A DNA stretch of 63,804 nucleotides, the filler included, from Octopus bimaculoides (taxonomy: Eukaryota): assembly GCF_001194135.2 (NCBI RefSeq). It is 6 parts of 5 records of this genome, joined end to end, with 100 filler letters (N's around TTAATTAATTAA, not from the genome) between each part and the next. Parts side by side here need not be neighbours in the genome. Positions count along the whole stretch, not along the records: positions 1 to 19,514 come from NC_068983.1; 5 more parts are not named here. One strand, 5' to 3'. The position numbers and the translations under genes were made by a program. Positions 1-11,973 of this stretch are shown in pieces (the stretch's first letter is position 1; every line of letters starts with the position of its first letter). Below the pieces are notes generated by a model that saw only the letters and a program-made list of their open reading frames with translations, was not told the DNA's origin and ran no database searches.

Positions 1-806
1 CGATCAATAGGGATCGTGTATCACAGAAATGTCATGATGTAAAAAGGGGAAACAGATTAGGTTTATCCGTCGAAAGAAAAGCCTACGGAAAAGACCACTG
101 TAACCTCGGGCAATAATGCAAAATAACGCATTACAGTGACTCTCTTTTTTCCCTTCTTTTTTTTTTTTCTTGGTTCATAGGATTATGCTCAAGGTGGCTT
201 CGTCAATCACACTTGCCATCCTTGCTACATTCACCCATCTTTTTTTGAAACATTCACTAGACAAAACTTCCCTCTCGACTTTCATCTCCCTCTTCAAGTG
301 ATACTTGAAGAAGTTGACGAAAGATGGACCAGAGAGGAAGGTGTTTATCTCTAGACTTTTCAGACGCGTCCACCATAACACATTCTTTCGCCAAAGCCTC
401 AAGTACGATGAAAATGGCTCTTCCTTCCCGTTTCAAGGAAGGAGGGGCGACAATATTCACGGTTGATAAACTGACTCGTCCCACACGCGATAGCTGTCGT
501 TCGACATAGGCCCGGTAATGGTTGGACACTGCACGAGTGCGTGCAGGTTTCGTCGCTCTGACCGCATCTCGAGCAGGTCGGCCCCGTGTTTCTCTAGCCA
601 TGCCTGTAGAGCATATCCCGAACAGGTAGCGCATCTCGATAGCACTGCCAGGCCAGGGATCTCTGGAAGTTGTCCACAGGTCCTGGCCTGAAAGTCGTCT
701 TGAGCAGGCGGGTCAGGTATTCCTCGTCAACGCCCAGCTTCACCCCGAGATCGTCGTCGTTTTTTCGTACTCTGTTTTTACCTCCCTGATAGATCGCTGG
801 CCACTA
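1..806 (-). mobile_element. 5'-truncated Tx1/L1-clade non-LTR retrotransposon: ORF2 C-terminus (zf-RVT CCHC finger) plus 3' UTR, degenerate
   Basis: Joining minus-strand frames gives FQRSLAWQCYRDALPVRDMLYRHG*RNTGPTCSRCGQSDET/LHALVQCP ... FFKYHLKREMKVEREVLSSECFKKRWVNVARM...SIIL* (stop at 175). This CxxC-H-C finger and tail are typical of Tx1/L1 ORF2. Contains frameshifts and an internal stop. Confidence 0.8.
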
Positions 807-811
807 AACCT

Positions 812-960
812 TTTTCTATTTTCTCTCCCTATTTATGTGTTCCTTTCTGTCGAAGAGCGTAGGCTCGAAGTGTTAAAGACTTTCTCACTTCCTGAGCATT
901 AAACTAATACATCTGTTTGTTGTTTACACACCCGCCTTCGGCTTTTGTTTTTTGTAAATT
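812..960 (+). mobile_element. Penelope-like terminal-repeat fragment with hammerhead-like motif
   Basis: CTTTCTGTCGAAGAGCGTAGGCTCGAAGTGTTAAAG at 843-878; the same repeat recurs at 19376-19514. Confidence 0.5.
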
Positions 961-1039
961 CTATATATGCATATATATAGCAAAATCTATTACGTGCTAA
1001 ATTAATTAACCGGGAGGTTATTCCGAAATTTTACTTTTA

Positions 1040-1236
1040 TTCTTTTATTTCTTTTAGTCATTTGACTGTGGTCATGTTGGAGCACCGCCTTTAGTCGAAC
1101 AAATCGACCCCCAGGACTCATTCTTTGTAAGCCTGGTACTTATTCTATCGGGTTTCTTTTGCCGAACCACTAAGTTACGGGGACGTAAACACACCAACAT
1201 CGGTCGTCAAGTGATGGTGGGGGACAAACAGACACC
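1040..1236 (-). mobile_element. tRNA-derived SINE family B, 3' half
   Basis: Aligns by eye with copies at 35425-35870, 44331-44660 and 52370-52737. Confidence 0.85.
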
Positions 1237-1317
1237 AAGTACGTTTGGCGGGGGGTGGGCCCTGGAATTTTTTCACTTCATTTAAATGGAAGAATTAAAT
1301 ACTGTTCATCTGTACAG

Positions 1318-1464
1318 TTTCAAAGTTGGTGGCAAGACGCCAATGGGGGTAACTGGTGCAGCTGACAACATATCATTGTGTTTGTCTAGAAACCGTGATG
1401 CAGGGCAAACATCTGAAATGATGCTTTATGATCCGGACACACACCAGTTTGATGACACTACGAA
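1318..1464 (+). CDS. Putative internal coding exon, unknown product (xFKVGGKTPMGVTGAADNISLCLSRNRDAGQTSEMMLYDPDTHQFDDTTK)
   Basis: CAG acceptor at 1315-1317 and AA|GTGAG donor at 1465; 147 bp, open frame, symmetric phase 2-2; complex non-repetitive sequence. No homolog recognised. Confidence 0.35.
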
Positions 1465-1949
1465 GTGAGGAGATCCTTTGGGCCACTGTGGTAATCTCTT
1501 GCATTGTCGGTAGTCTTTTTATCTTGTCCTCACCTTGAGAGGCAAGAGAGCCGATGACATTCCAATAATGTGTATATGTGCTAAACGTGTGTGTGTGTGT
1601 GTGTGGCAAGGAGAAGGAGAGAGTATGTCTGATGCGTATGTAAATCTTTGTCAAATAAAATGACGCTCGCTCAGCATCTGTGACTAGCGAGTAAGACCGG
1701 GTGGTACAAACCTCCAATAAAAGGTCAAATCGTTTTGTTATGGTAGTTGGAGTATTTCATAAACCTACGGCAATGAAATACTGACGCTTCTGTAGTTTCA
1801 AGCCCACTGAAGATTCAGTATAAACGGAAACAGTCCCGGTTTTCTGACCTTCGTCATGTGACTGCGTTCTTTATTAAAGTGCTATGTAGTTAATCAAGGT
1901 CTTCGTTGATTACTGATTTCTGAAACATCTTAGAGCCACACACCGTGGA

Positions 1950-2160
1950 CATTCTCATCACGTCACGTGGGGGTGACGGTTATCACATATCTGCGACAAT
2001 AAAATACCATCACTTCTGTAGTTTCAGACGGGGGGAGGTTTTAAAATGAGCGGAAGTAGTTAGTTTTCTTCAACCATCACGTGACTGGTGAAATGTAGTG
2101 CAATCATCCAATGGTGGATGACGCAGAAGACGTCCCCTTTATGGTAACAATGGGGATGTC
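1950..2160. promoter_or_regulatory. CpG-containing cluster of E-box/CRE-like motifs
   Basis: TCACGTCACGTGG near 1957, ATCACGTGAC near 2077, and TGACG/GACGTC motifs; CTTCTGTAGTTTCA is duplicated at 1787-1800 and 2013-2026. Confidence 0.25.
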
Positions 2161-2479
2161 ACACATTTGCGACATTGAAAGGCTGCCTCTTCCGTAGCAT
2201 TAGGCCCACGAAATGTGTAGAACAGAAGGAACCATTTGTTATTCTCTGGTCCCCTGCATGGAGGCATCCTATGTGGAAGTGAAGTACGGCTGAAATCAAT
2301 GTAGTTATTGATTTATTTACTGGTTATTTTATCGATTACCGATGAACGAACAAGAGGATCGTGACGCGTTTCTTCTTTCTTCGACATTTGTTCCTTAATG
2401 TCCTCTTTTATTTATTTATTTATTTGGTAGTTGCTGCGTCATCGTTAAAACTGACGGACAAACAATCGTTCATATATGT

Positions 2480-2554
2480 GTGTACTTTTGCGTGTGTGTG
2501 TGTATACGCATATGGATATATATGTATATTTATAGACATACATATATATATATA

Positions 2555-2589
<35 letters not shown>

Positions 2590-2628
2590 GTATGTATATA
2601 TATATATATATATTCATACACACATACA

Positions 2629-2664
<36 letters not shown>

Positions 2665-2870
2665 CGAATGGAAAAACGAAAGAAGGGCACTCAACACATT
2701 TTTGTAGGAATCAAAAGTTTGATTCAAATTCTTTATCCATACATGTGTGTGCGCACGTGAGTGTGTATAAGTATATATGTATATGTATATATGTGTGTGT
2801 GTGTGTGTGTATACATATATATGTATATATATACACATACACTCAAACACACAGACGCACACACATATTT
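2480..2870. repeat. Compound (TA)n/(TG)n/(CA)n microsatellites
   Basis: Directly visible; source of the [12 protein letters not shown] ORFs. Confidence 0.95.
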
Positions 2871-3304
2871 TCAAGATTCCGACGCCAAGTCTTTTTCAGC
2901 GAGCTCTCACTTCAGGGAAAAGGCCGCCAAGTTGCCCCCTGTGAAAATACATGGACCAACTCAAAGCAACACTGAAGACCACTGGAATTGAGCCTAAATC
3001 GTTTGAAACACAAGCCTGAGACTGTACCAAGTGGCAGTGTTTCATCACCACTTCAGCATGTCCCTTGGTGGATGACATAGTGTGTATCTCAGACTACGAG
3101 CAGGAATAGTAGTGGAGCATCAGGGCGATGTGTTGCGAGAATTCTTTGTGGTTTGAATAAAAGCAAAGTTTGAAGGAAATATTAGCCATTTTTCATACTT
3201 TCTAGGGGTCAGAAAACAGGAAATATCAGTTGCTACCCAAGGACAAAAATTGTGTTACACAGTATTATTGATTATCGAAATTCAAAATAGAAAGAAATCA
3301 ATGT

Positions 3305-4870
<1,566 letters not shown>

Positions 4871-5369
4871 TCATTATAAGAATTAATTCATTAAACGGAG
4901 TTTAGTAAATGTCATCAGATAAAGTGAAATGAAGCAGATGTTGATATATTCAAACAGATTTGATAAGGAATCTGTAAATTACGTATGATAAAAAGACATT
5001 GGAGACCCAGGGAATAATTCCTTTGGCGGAGAAAGTAAATTTTCATCCGGATAAATATTATACACACACACATACATATATATACATCTATATATTGTAC
5101 ATGTATGTATAAATATGTATATATGCTTATATGTATGCATGTGTGTGTGTATATATATATGCATNNNNNNNNNNACAAGCTATACGTGAGAGACGGGTTG
5201 TATTTAAAATATAACAGTTTGTTTTGTACGGGTGTAGTAAGGGTGTACGTATGAATTCTGACTCCATACCAGTAATAATACAGGATAGTGTGGATGTAGT
5301 TAATGTTAGGAAATAGTTTAGAGATAACTGATGTAAAGTAGAAGGATATTAGCCGTAAAAACAAAGACG

Positions 5370-5580
5370 GTGAGCTGGCGGAATCGTAATCACGCCGGTA
5401 AGTAGTGCTTACTGGTATTTCGACCGTTTTGACATTCTGAGTTCAAATTCTGCTGAGGTCGACTTTCCCTTTTATCTTTTCGGAGTCGATAAAATATGTA
5501 AAAATTTAGCACCGGGACCGAAGCAAACGACTTACTCCCTTCTCCGAAATTGCCGGCCAAAATTTGAAGTCGATATTATT
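5370..5580 (+). mobile_element. tRNA-derived SINE family A
   Basis: GAGCTGGCGGAATCG head, CTGAGTTCAAATTC B-box-like motif, AAATTTGAA..TATTATT tail; homologous to 17230-17445 and 44042-44259. Confidence 0.85.
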
Positions 5581-5928
5581 AGATAGAGACAGAATGAAGA
5601 AAGGGGTTTATTAGAGACGAAAAATATTGGCTTATAAACATCAGAGTTATTTTGTAGAATGGAAAATGCGTTTATATAAGGATTGAATCTCTATTTCACA
5701 GTATTTCACGTTTTGTCGATTGTTAAACGAAATACAAACTATGGCACAGTTTTAAGAGGACAGCAATCGATCGTTATGCTGGTCCTGCCTTGTTTGTTTC
5801 CTTTTTTGTTTCTTTTTTTCTTCTTTATTATTATTATTATTTTTTCTGTCCTGGGGCCGTAAGTAAATCGCCGCGTAAATGAAGTGGGATGACATAAAAG
5901 AAAGAAGCGAAACCTCGTTGCGGTCACA

Positions 5929-5973
5929 TCACTCCAGGAAGCTGACCACTTGCTTGATGAGGTTTGTCCTAAC
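5929..5973 (-). CDS. Putative terminal coding exon (VRTNLIKQVVSFLE*)
   Basis: Minus-strand TTCATAG acceptor ends at 5974; phase-0 open frame runs to TGA at 5931-5929. Confidence 0.3.
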   Translation of the reverse strand, partial: VRTNLIKQVVSFLE

Positions 5974-6326
5974 CTATGAATAAATTACAGTTTTGAATAT
6001 AGAAAATAAAAAGGAATAAAAAAAAAACATGGAATTAATTATAAATAAAGATTTTGTAACCACCAATATAAAGTTTGTTTTGTTTTTCATACTAAAGTCT
6101 CCTGATGTCTAAAAACCAGTATTAAATAATATAACACCACCAACGAAATATAATGAATAATAAATAATTAACGAAACGGAATGGGATGGATTTTTTTTTC
6201 TTTCTTTTCTTTGTGTATTTTTTTTATTAATGGAATATATAAAAGATTTGAATAATTTTCAACGACATTGTATGTATTATATAAGAGGCGAGTGAATGCG
6301 TTGGTGCTGGAGTTAACAATCTCACT

Positions 6327-6348
6327 GAGCCAGTCTATAGACTGGCTC
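6327..6348. repeat. Perfect 22-bp palindrome GAGCCAGTCTATAGACTGGCTC
   Basis: The sequence is its own reverse complement; flanking ATCTC/GAGAT extend the stem. Confidence 0.95.
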
Positions 6349-8437
6349 GAGATGTCTTTGTAATGATTTCAGTGTGACATTTTACTGGTGTGTGTGTCTC
6401 GATAGATGTGTTAATAGACCTATTGTGTTGGATTAGGGTCGAATAGAACACATTAGAATGTAATGAGTTTTATCAATTTGCGGGCTATAAAGAAAGGAAG
6501 GCCCCAAGGCGAGGGAGGTGCGCTCCTGTTTCGGGCTCTCAACAGCTACCTCGGCCATGGTGGCAAGCGAGATAACTCTGCGGGAAAAAAAACACTTCAT
6601 TTCTACAATTTGGTGAGGGAAAGATAAATGTTTTGCAGTTCCAGAAGGAAAAAAAGAAAATGAGAAATGCGCGCCAAAGACAAAGTTTTTAAATGTGCGC
6701 TGAAGCAATAAAAGTCCCCAATTTCATTACCCTGGCCTCCTTTATTATTATTATTAAATCTTTTTTTCTATATTCATAAATGTAATTCATTTGGCTTTTA
6801 AAAAAAAATAATGCTCACTTCTAATTCAAAATGACGAATTGAAAAGAAAAAGANNNNNNNNNNNNNNNNNNNNNNNNNNNNNNNNNNNNNNNNNNNNNNN
6901 NNNNNNNNNNNNNNNNNNNNNNNNNNNNNNNNNNNNNNNNNNNNNNNNNNNNNNNNNNNNNNNNNNNNNNNNNNNNNNNNNNNNNNNNNNNNNNNNNNNN
7001 NNNNNNNNNNNNNNNNNNNNNNNNNNNNNNNNNNNNNNNNNNNNNNNNNNNNNNNNNNNNNNNNNNNNNNNNNNNNNNNNNNNNNNNNNNNNNNNNNNNN
7101 NNNNNNNNNNNNNNNNNNNNNNNNNNNNNNNNNNNNNNNNNNNNNNNNNNNNNNNNNNNNNNNNNNNNNNNNNNNNNNNNNNNNNNNNNNNNNNNNNNNN
7201 NNNNNNNNNNNNNNNNNNNNNNNNNNNNNNNNNNNNNNNNNNNNNNNNNNNNNNNNNNNNNNNNNNNNNNNNNNNNNNNNNNNNNNNNNNNNNNNNNNNN
7301 NNNNNNNNNNNNNNNNNNNNNNNNNNNNNNNNNNNNNNNNNNNNNNNNNNNNNNNNNNNNNNNNNNNNNNNNNNNNNNNNNNNNNNNNNNNNNNNNNNNN
7401 NNNNNNTTGCTTAAAACTAGAAGCAGTTGGGGCTTCCTCACGAGTCGGGGAGCGGGCTATGCTCTTCACAGTGTCGACAACACGCGAGCCAGCCAAAAGA
7501 AAGGCATGGAAAAAGACTATAATTACAACTCAACAAGATTTTTTTGTGTGTGGGGGGGGTGAAAAAAGTTTGAAATATAAAGACGAAAAACAAAAACAAT
7601 ATCAAAATAAAATACAATCTCACAAACACAGACAAAAAAAAACGACGAAAAGGGTGTTTAGAACGCGAATTTCAACAATTGAATCATCATTCTGATTCAA
7701 TTTCTTCTGTCGCTTTCTTTCTCTCGACTTTTGTCACACAACCTTTCACTATCTCTGTCACCTCCTCACACTCTCACACCCTTTCTTTCACTCTGTTTTT
7801 CCCTCTCATTCTTGTATTTCTCTCTCATTTTTATTATTATATTCTATCTCCACCTATCTTTCTTGTTCTTCTTCTTCTTCATATCTCTTCAAATCTTCCA
7901 CACGTCTCTATTCGTTTTCCTTTTCTACACAACAACAAAAAACATACAAAATTGATTTTATTTTTCCCCAAAAAAAGAAAATAATAATAATAATAATAAT
8001 AATNNNNNNNNNNNNNNNNNNNNNNNNNNNNNNNNNNNNNNNNNNNNNNNNNNNNNNNNNNNNNNNNNNNNNNNNNNNNNNNNNNNNNNNNNNNNNNNNN
8101 NNNNNNNNNNNNNNNNNNNNNNNNNNNNNNNNNNNNNNNNNNNNNNNNNNNNNNNNNNNNNNNNNNNNNNNNNNNNNNNNNNNNNNNNNNNNNNNNNNNN
8201 NNNNNNNNNNNNNNNNNNNNNNNNNNNNNNNNNNNNNNNNNNNNNNNNNNNNNNNNNNNNNNNNNNNNNNNNNNNNNNNNNNNNNNNNNNNNNNNNNNNN
8301 NNNNNNNNNNNNNNNNNNNNNNNNNNNNNNNNNNNNNNNNNNNNNNNNNNNNNNNNNNNNNNNNNNNNNNNNNNNNNNNNNNNNNNNNNNNNNNNNNNNN
8401 NNNNNNNNNNATGTATGTATGTATGTATGTATGTATG

Positions 8438-8471
<34 letters not shown>

Positions 8472-9481
8472 TGTATGTATGTATGTATGTATGTATGTAT
8501 ATAGTGAGAGCTACAAGGTCTGAAGAGCTTAGAAGAAGTAAACAGCAAAAGAAAAGACTTATCAACAGTGTGTCTACCATTTGGCAAAAGAAAAAAAAAA
8601 TTCTAAACTCACATTATTTTCTGTCCAAATGAACCAACTTTAATGTGACACATTGTTATCGTATGAATAATACATTTGGGGGCCTATGGTTTTATATCAA
8701 TAAATTAGGAATAAATAAAAGGGACTGCCCTACAGATTGTAACCTCGTTGTTTAACTTTCACTGGCCATCTCTATTTTCAAATCGCTTAGGTAGTCTCTA
8801 TGCAATATAAAGTTTCCATAATGGACGCTTAATCAAAAACCTTTGTGGGAGGAGAATATTTCGTTATTGTTGTTTTGTTTTCTCTTACTTTATTCTTTAT
8901 TTTATTTTATTTTATCTCATTTTTTGTTTATTGTTTTCTATTCTCTGAGATGTTTTTTCTCGGTTTTTCTATTTTATTTTACTTTATACCTTTTTGAAAT
9001 ATTTTTCTTTTTTAACTCTTTCCTTTCTTTTCTACATCGCCTCGAATTGGATTTTTTTCTTCTTTTCTTTCTTTTCTGTCGTCTGCTTCAATCATTTGAA
9101 AATCTACATCAGCATCATCATAATCATTACCATCACTGTCTTCATTATTATTATTATCATTATTATTATTATTATTACCTCTTTGTTATCCTCATCTTAC
9201 GTAATCTACAGTTCTGTTGCGTCATAAACATTAAGACGTTTTCCCGTCTTTCTTTCTTATGGTTGTTGCTGTTTTATTAATAGCGGTTTGCTGCTCTCCA
9301 TTGTTCCTTTATATTTTACTATTTTTATTATTATTGTTATTATGATCGTTGTTGTTGCATATATATATTTATGCAAAATTGATACATCTGTGAAAGGAGT
9401 TCCTTGAATACGCCATAAGATTACATAAATGGAACTGTTGATGACAATGTAACGATGTTTGCTGATTAAATCTTCACTTAC

Positions 9482-9520
9482 CAATTGAGCCGTTCTCCTA
9501 TCTGACAGGTAGACTTCCCT
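9482..9520 (-). CDS. Putative 39-bp exon (REVYLSDRRTAQL)
   Basis: Long polypyrimidine tract, a less common GAG acceptor, and a consensus G|GTAAGT donor at 9481-9476; length is a multiple of 3. Confidence 0.3.
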
Positions 9521-10409
9521 CTCGACAGGAAAAGAAAAAGGAAAAGAGGCAGTAAAAGAAGAAGAAAAAAAGAAAGGAGAATGGTATAAGTTCCCTGTTC
9601 AAAGAAAACATGGCCTTCAGCATTAGAAGAGCACCCAGTCGATACCTGTGAACCCGGGGTTCTTTTATAAACAAACTTTAAACGAAGCGGCCAAACCTTT
9701 TTAAAAAGCATTTAGTTTTCCAGTTGGTTTATTCTTGTTTCTCAGCATTTAACAGACGGCCCCTACTGTGCAGAATTCATTAACAGAGGACATAGAAGGC
9801 TAAATGTTTTGTTTTCTGCAAGGTGTTAATTTGCTTGTAACATGGGACCATGCTGCAACAACAAGCAATAAAGAATAATCGCAACAATGAAATATGGTGG
9901 GGTAGGCGTAGGGGGAAGGTCTTTTAGAGTTTGTTAAAGCCTCAGCAGTGTTCTTCAAATGCGTTTCTTAATTGATTCTCATCTTGTAGTAGCAGTTTTT
10001 AAGGAAATAATCACTGCCAAACTGGCCTCTATGAGTTACGCAACCATGGAACCAGTATATTGAGAGTGAAGAGGAGGGAGAAGACGAAGCAGTAGAGCGG
10101 CCTCCACTGTTTCTTTTGTATAATTAGGCTTAAATTGTTTCTGGTTGCACACACACACACACACACACATATATACTTATATTTTATAGATCTGTGTATG
10201 CATGCATATATAAGTATGTATGTGCATATATATATATGTATGTATGTCTGTGTGGGGGGGAAGGGTGCGAGAGATGCTTTCTCTTGTATTAAATATTCCT
10301 TTTTATATGTTTCCTATATTTGACCACCATTCAGCATCACTATCGTCATCTAGTAACATTATCGCTCGTCGCCCTTGTCGTTAATCTTGTTGCTGTTGCT
10401 GCTATTGCT

Positions 10410-10410
10410 G

Positions 10411-10470
<60 letters not shown>
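10410..10470. repeat. (ACT)n trinucleotide microsatellite
   Basis: Directly visible. Confidence 0.95.
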
Positions 10471-10471
<1 letters not shown>

Positions 10472-10899
10472 CTTGTTAAGAGTTGGTGGTGATTGGAGTT
10501 ATTCAACTAAATATAGATACATATCTAGAAACACACATAATACATGTGCTTATATCAGGAATACGTCCATAGATAGAGACATATATACATTTAGGTTCGT
10601 ACTCACATTCATGCCCCGTTCGTGTATATATGTGTGTATGCATGTGTACATGTAAGTCTTTTTATAATTATTTGAATTCTTCTTATACGGAAGAAACGTG
10701 TTTCTAACAAAGATACAAAACGCCATCTTTGAAATTTAGCTAACAAAAACGATTGAGTGTTACATGTTAAACCTTTAAAAAGCTTTGCATGTTCTCATTG
10801 TTCCGCTTACAAAGTGTAATTTCAAGAGGCGTCTTAGCAGTTGGTCACTTACTTTGCCTGAAAGCCCAATTTTTTCCAGACACTTACAATGGTCAATAT

Positions 10900-11740
10900 C
10901 TACTTATAATCTGGGCAAGAGTCGCTACCTTTCGAAGTTTTCGATAAAATTTTCGAACTAAATTTTCAGTAAATAATCTGTAAATCTTTCTCTTCTTCAT
11001 TTTTAAAAGAATATTCAAACGTACAGAAACGGTTGACCTTCATAACTGCATATTTTTTTCTTTCTAGTCCGAAGCAACTGCACCAAGACTGTTGCATTTG
11101 CCTTTGGTGGAACACCTGCTGGTGTAGTCTACCAATATTCCGTGAAGCAGTAACAGTATTGTTTTCTATATTAATATCAGGACAGTCCTTCTGAAGGATT
11201 GCTTCGGTATGGCTGAAGCAGGTTAGTATCTTCTTGACATTTGGAAGAGGTTACTAATCACAGGTGTAATATCTTCTGCAGAAATATGACATAATGGACG
11301 TTTTCTTTCATATTTGGGAAGCTTAATAGCTTCACTATCTACTTTGTTCACCATGTTCGCGGTGATTATATTTTGGTCTTGGAAATGTGGTCTGATGTGG
11401 TGGCCATGAGTCTAAGAGAAGCTAGATTTCTTGTCCATGTTTACAGGAAATTTACCAATATTTTCTTGTTTACATAATTGTCTTAATTACAGGCCCTTTT
11501 GGGGGGTTCGTAGGTCGAACGATTCTGAAATGTTTTAGAACACCATTGGGGAACATATACCGATTCTCTATTTAGAATAATCACTTCGAAGACAACCATT
11601 CAGTTCTCAGTTAGGATATCCAGGATCCTTAATCAAGTTTTGTAAGGTTTTCGATAACAGAAACTAGAACAGCAGACACCTTTACTGTATGCAATGACCC
11701 CAGCAACCTCGAGGGACGAATGGTATTGAACTCATTTCTA
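10900..11740 (-). mobile_element. Heavily decayed pogo-like (DDE_1) transposase remnant
   Basis: Minus-strand peptide LLLDSWPPH (~11360-11386) resembles the LLLDSWxGH motif of pogo-like transposases; many stops; no TIRs found. Confidence 0.3.
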
Positions 11741-11973
11741 TTATCAATCAACATTGTTACGAACTTTCTAAGGGGTTTTTATTGGTTTTTGTTGAATGTT
11801 ATTTCTTTTTTTTATTCTTTTTATTTTTTTTATTTCAAATACTAACAAGCTTTATTTAATACATCACCACACTTCCGTCTTCCCACCTGTTTTCTCATCA
11901 GCCAACACCTTGTTTTCAATTTTTGTGGCTACAAGATTCGTCTGTATTCTGACAAACTAGCATATTATGATAA

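Noticed and set aside
1469-1561. GDPLG...ADDI resembling reverse transcriptase motifs
   Set aside because: There is an in-frame stop between them and no other RT motifs nearby. Kept only as an alternative explanation for the 1318-1464 exon candidate.
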